This document shows positions 62,262 to 64,000 of a stretch of DNA of 64,000 nt, piece after piece. The position numbers and the translations under genes are program-made. The notes beneath the pieces are model-generated. The model saw nothing but the letters and a program-made list of their open reading frames with translations. It did not search any database and was not told where the DNA came from. The DNA is from Nitrospirales bacterium (GTDB lineage Bacteria > Nitrospirota > Nitrospiria > Nitrospirales > UBA8639), in assembly GCA_965203295.1 (NCBI GenBank), contig CBDBCZ010000019.1, positions 992,001 through 1,056,000 of the forward strand. The letters are read 5' to 3'. Every line of letters starts with the position of its first letter. Within the stretch, counting starts at the first letter, position 1.

Positions 62262-64000
62262 ATGGGTGAAAAATCGAGTCTAGCTACTCAATTGGTGGGT
62301 TTGCCAACCCTGTTTATGCTTACCCTTGCCGGAATTCTGGCCTATACCTTATTTAGGCATTAACAAACAAAAAGATGATGCGGTGATAATTGATCTCGCT
62401 GGGCGAACAAGAACGCTCATTCAAAAAAACTTAAACGATGTTTTATTAATTTCCCAGGGGTCAAATCCCGAACAGGCTGCCACCAGAAAAATCTTGCGGG
62501 AAACCATAGACACATTGATTCATGGGGGTCGGATTGTGTTGAACCAAGGGACGGGGGAGTCGATCTTAATTCAAGGAGCCCCAACCCCAGAAATTAAAGG
62601 GCGGCTGGAAAAACAAAAGATTCTGTTAGCGACCTATGTTCAGAAAGCTGATACGTTTTTGGAAATTTCTAAAGATGATCCGATTTGGCCTGCGAAGTTC
62701 CAGGAACTCCTGGGTTTGCACACGGTCTTCCTCAATGGCGCGGATGAAACCGTAAAACTCCTGCGAGATTATTCCCATTCGAAAATGGCGAACACCCTTA
62801 AATGGGAAATCGGCATTGAGTTTGTCGTGGGAATCTTTATCGTCCTCATGACAAGGAAATTATTGGTAGCCAATCGTTATGTCCATGCGGAAATGGCCGA
62901 GCGGATCCGAGCGGAAAAAGAATTAAGGGAAAGTGAGGAACGGTATGATATCGCTGTCAAAGGATCCAACGATGGGCTGTGGGATTGGGACATTGCATCT
63001 AATCAGGTCTACTATTCCCCACGGTTCAAAGAGTTGTTGGGATACCAAGACCATGAAATAGACAATGTCTTTTCAGGTTTTGAGTCAAGGTTGTCCCCTG
63101 ATGATTATGAACGGGTTATGGAAGCTATTCGTGCTCATTTAAAAGAAGGAGTTCCCTACGATATCGAGTACCGATTAAAAATAAAATCAAGTGAATACCG
63201 CTGGTTTCATGCCCGCGGACAGGCGGTGTGGGGCACAGACAAACAACTCATACGGATGGCGGGTTCGCTCCGCGATATTACAGGACGAAAAAAGGAACAG
63301 GACGAATTGCACGAAGCCAAACAAGACGCCGAAGTGGCCAATAAGGCAAAAAGTCAATTTCTGGCTAATATGAGTCATGAATTACGAACACCTCTTAATG
63401 CCGTCATCGGATACAGCGAGTTGCTCCAAGAAGAAGCATCCGATCAGGGCCATACGAAATATATTCCGGATCTCCAGAAAATCGCGCTGTCAGGGAAACA
63501 TCTGCTGACGGTTATCAACGACATCTTGGATCTGTCCAAGATTGAAGCGGGGAAAATGGGAGTTCATCCGGAGACCTTTCAGGTTGCCCACTTAGTCAAT
63601 GACGTAAGGACGATCATCAAGCCGCTCGTTGAAAAAAATGTCAATGTCTTGAATGTTGATTGTGGAGACAACTTAGAGGAGATTTATTCCGATTCAACTA
63701 AAATTCGGCAGGGCCTCTATAATCTGCTTAGCAATGCATGTAAATTCACCAGTCATGGAACTATTGAACTCGTCGTTACTCGGGAACAAGTGGAGTCACA
63801 GGAATGGATTTCCTTCCGCGTGACGGACACGGGAATTGGCATGACCGAGCAACAGTTAAACACGATCTTTGAACCGTTTTCCCAAGGAGACCCTTCCAGC
63901 ACCCGCAAGACGGAGGGACGGGACTGGGCTTGGCCATTACTCAAAAAATCTCTCATTTGCTCGGTGGACATGTCCATGTCACAAGCAAAAAGGAAAGGGG
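62262..64000 (+). pseudogene. membrane sensor histidine kinase (TM - NarX/PilJ-like sensor - TM - PAS - HisKA - HATPase) with frameshifts at ~62353 and ~63909; runs off the window end
   Basis: Manual translation: [27 protein letters not shown]...[42 protein letters not shown] and (frameshifted) GGTGLGLAI; absent from the ORF track. Confidence 0.88.

Overview
A 64-kb bacterial chromosomal segment, most likely from Nitrospirota (Nitrospirales-like, probably a nitrite oxidiser). This placement is inferred from gene order, the cytochrome c family and an intergenic repeat type; no marker gene is present. Positions 1-50,607 are mostly housekeeping: leuA'-leuB-NHL-asd, queA, fumC, nadK, clpC, tsaD-hflX-nth-yicC-gmk-rpoZ-coaBC, lon, mltD, a Tol cluster, mutL-miaA-mtnP-pfkB-rodZ-cdd, a UvrD helicase and four tRNAs. 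After tRNA-Arg/tRNA-Lys comes a ~13-kb accessory region in which most genes are damaged. Highlights: (1) a BMP-type ABC importer plus a biuret-hydrolase (BiuH)-like gene, preceded by a promoter and a riboswitch-like structured leader, suggesting a decaying biuret/ureide nitrogen-scavenging system; (2) a Tol cluster with no pal, where a ~565-aa coiled-coil lipoprotein with 60-aa repeats sits between tolB and a separate CpoB-like TPR gene; (3) widespread gene erosion, with in-frame stops, internal deletions and GC-to-AT changes at conserved residues that homopolymer sequencing error cannot fully explain; (4) an unannotated NarX/PilJ-like sensor kinase, three paralogous monoheme cytochromes c and a MITE-like element. 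All family assignments come from motif recognition by eye; no searches were run.
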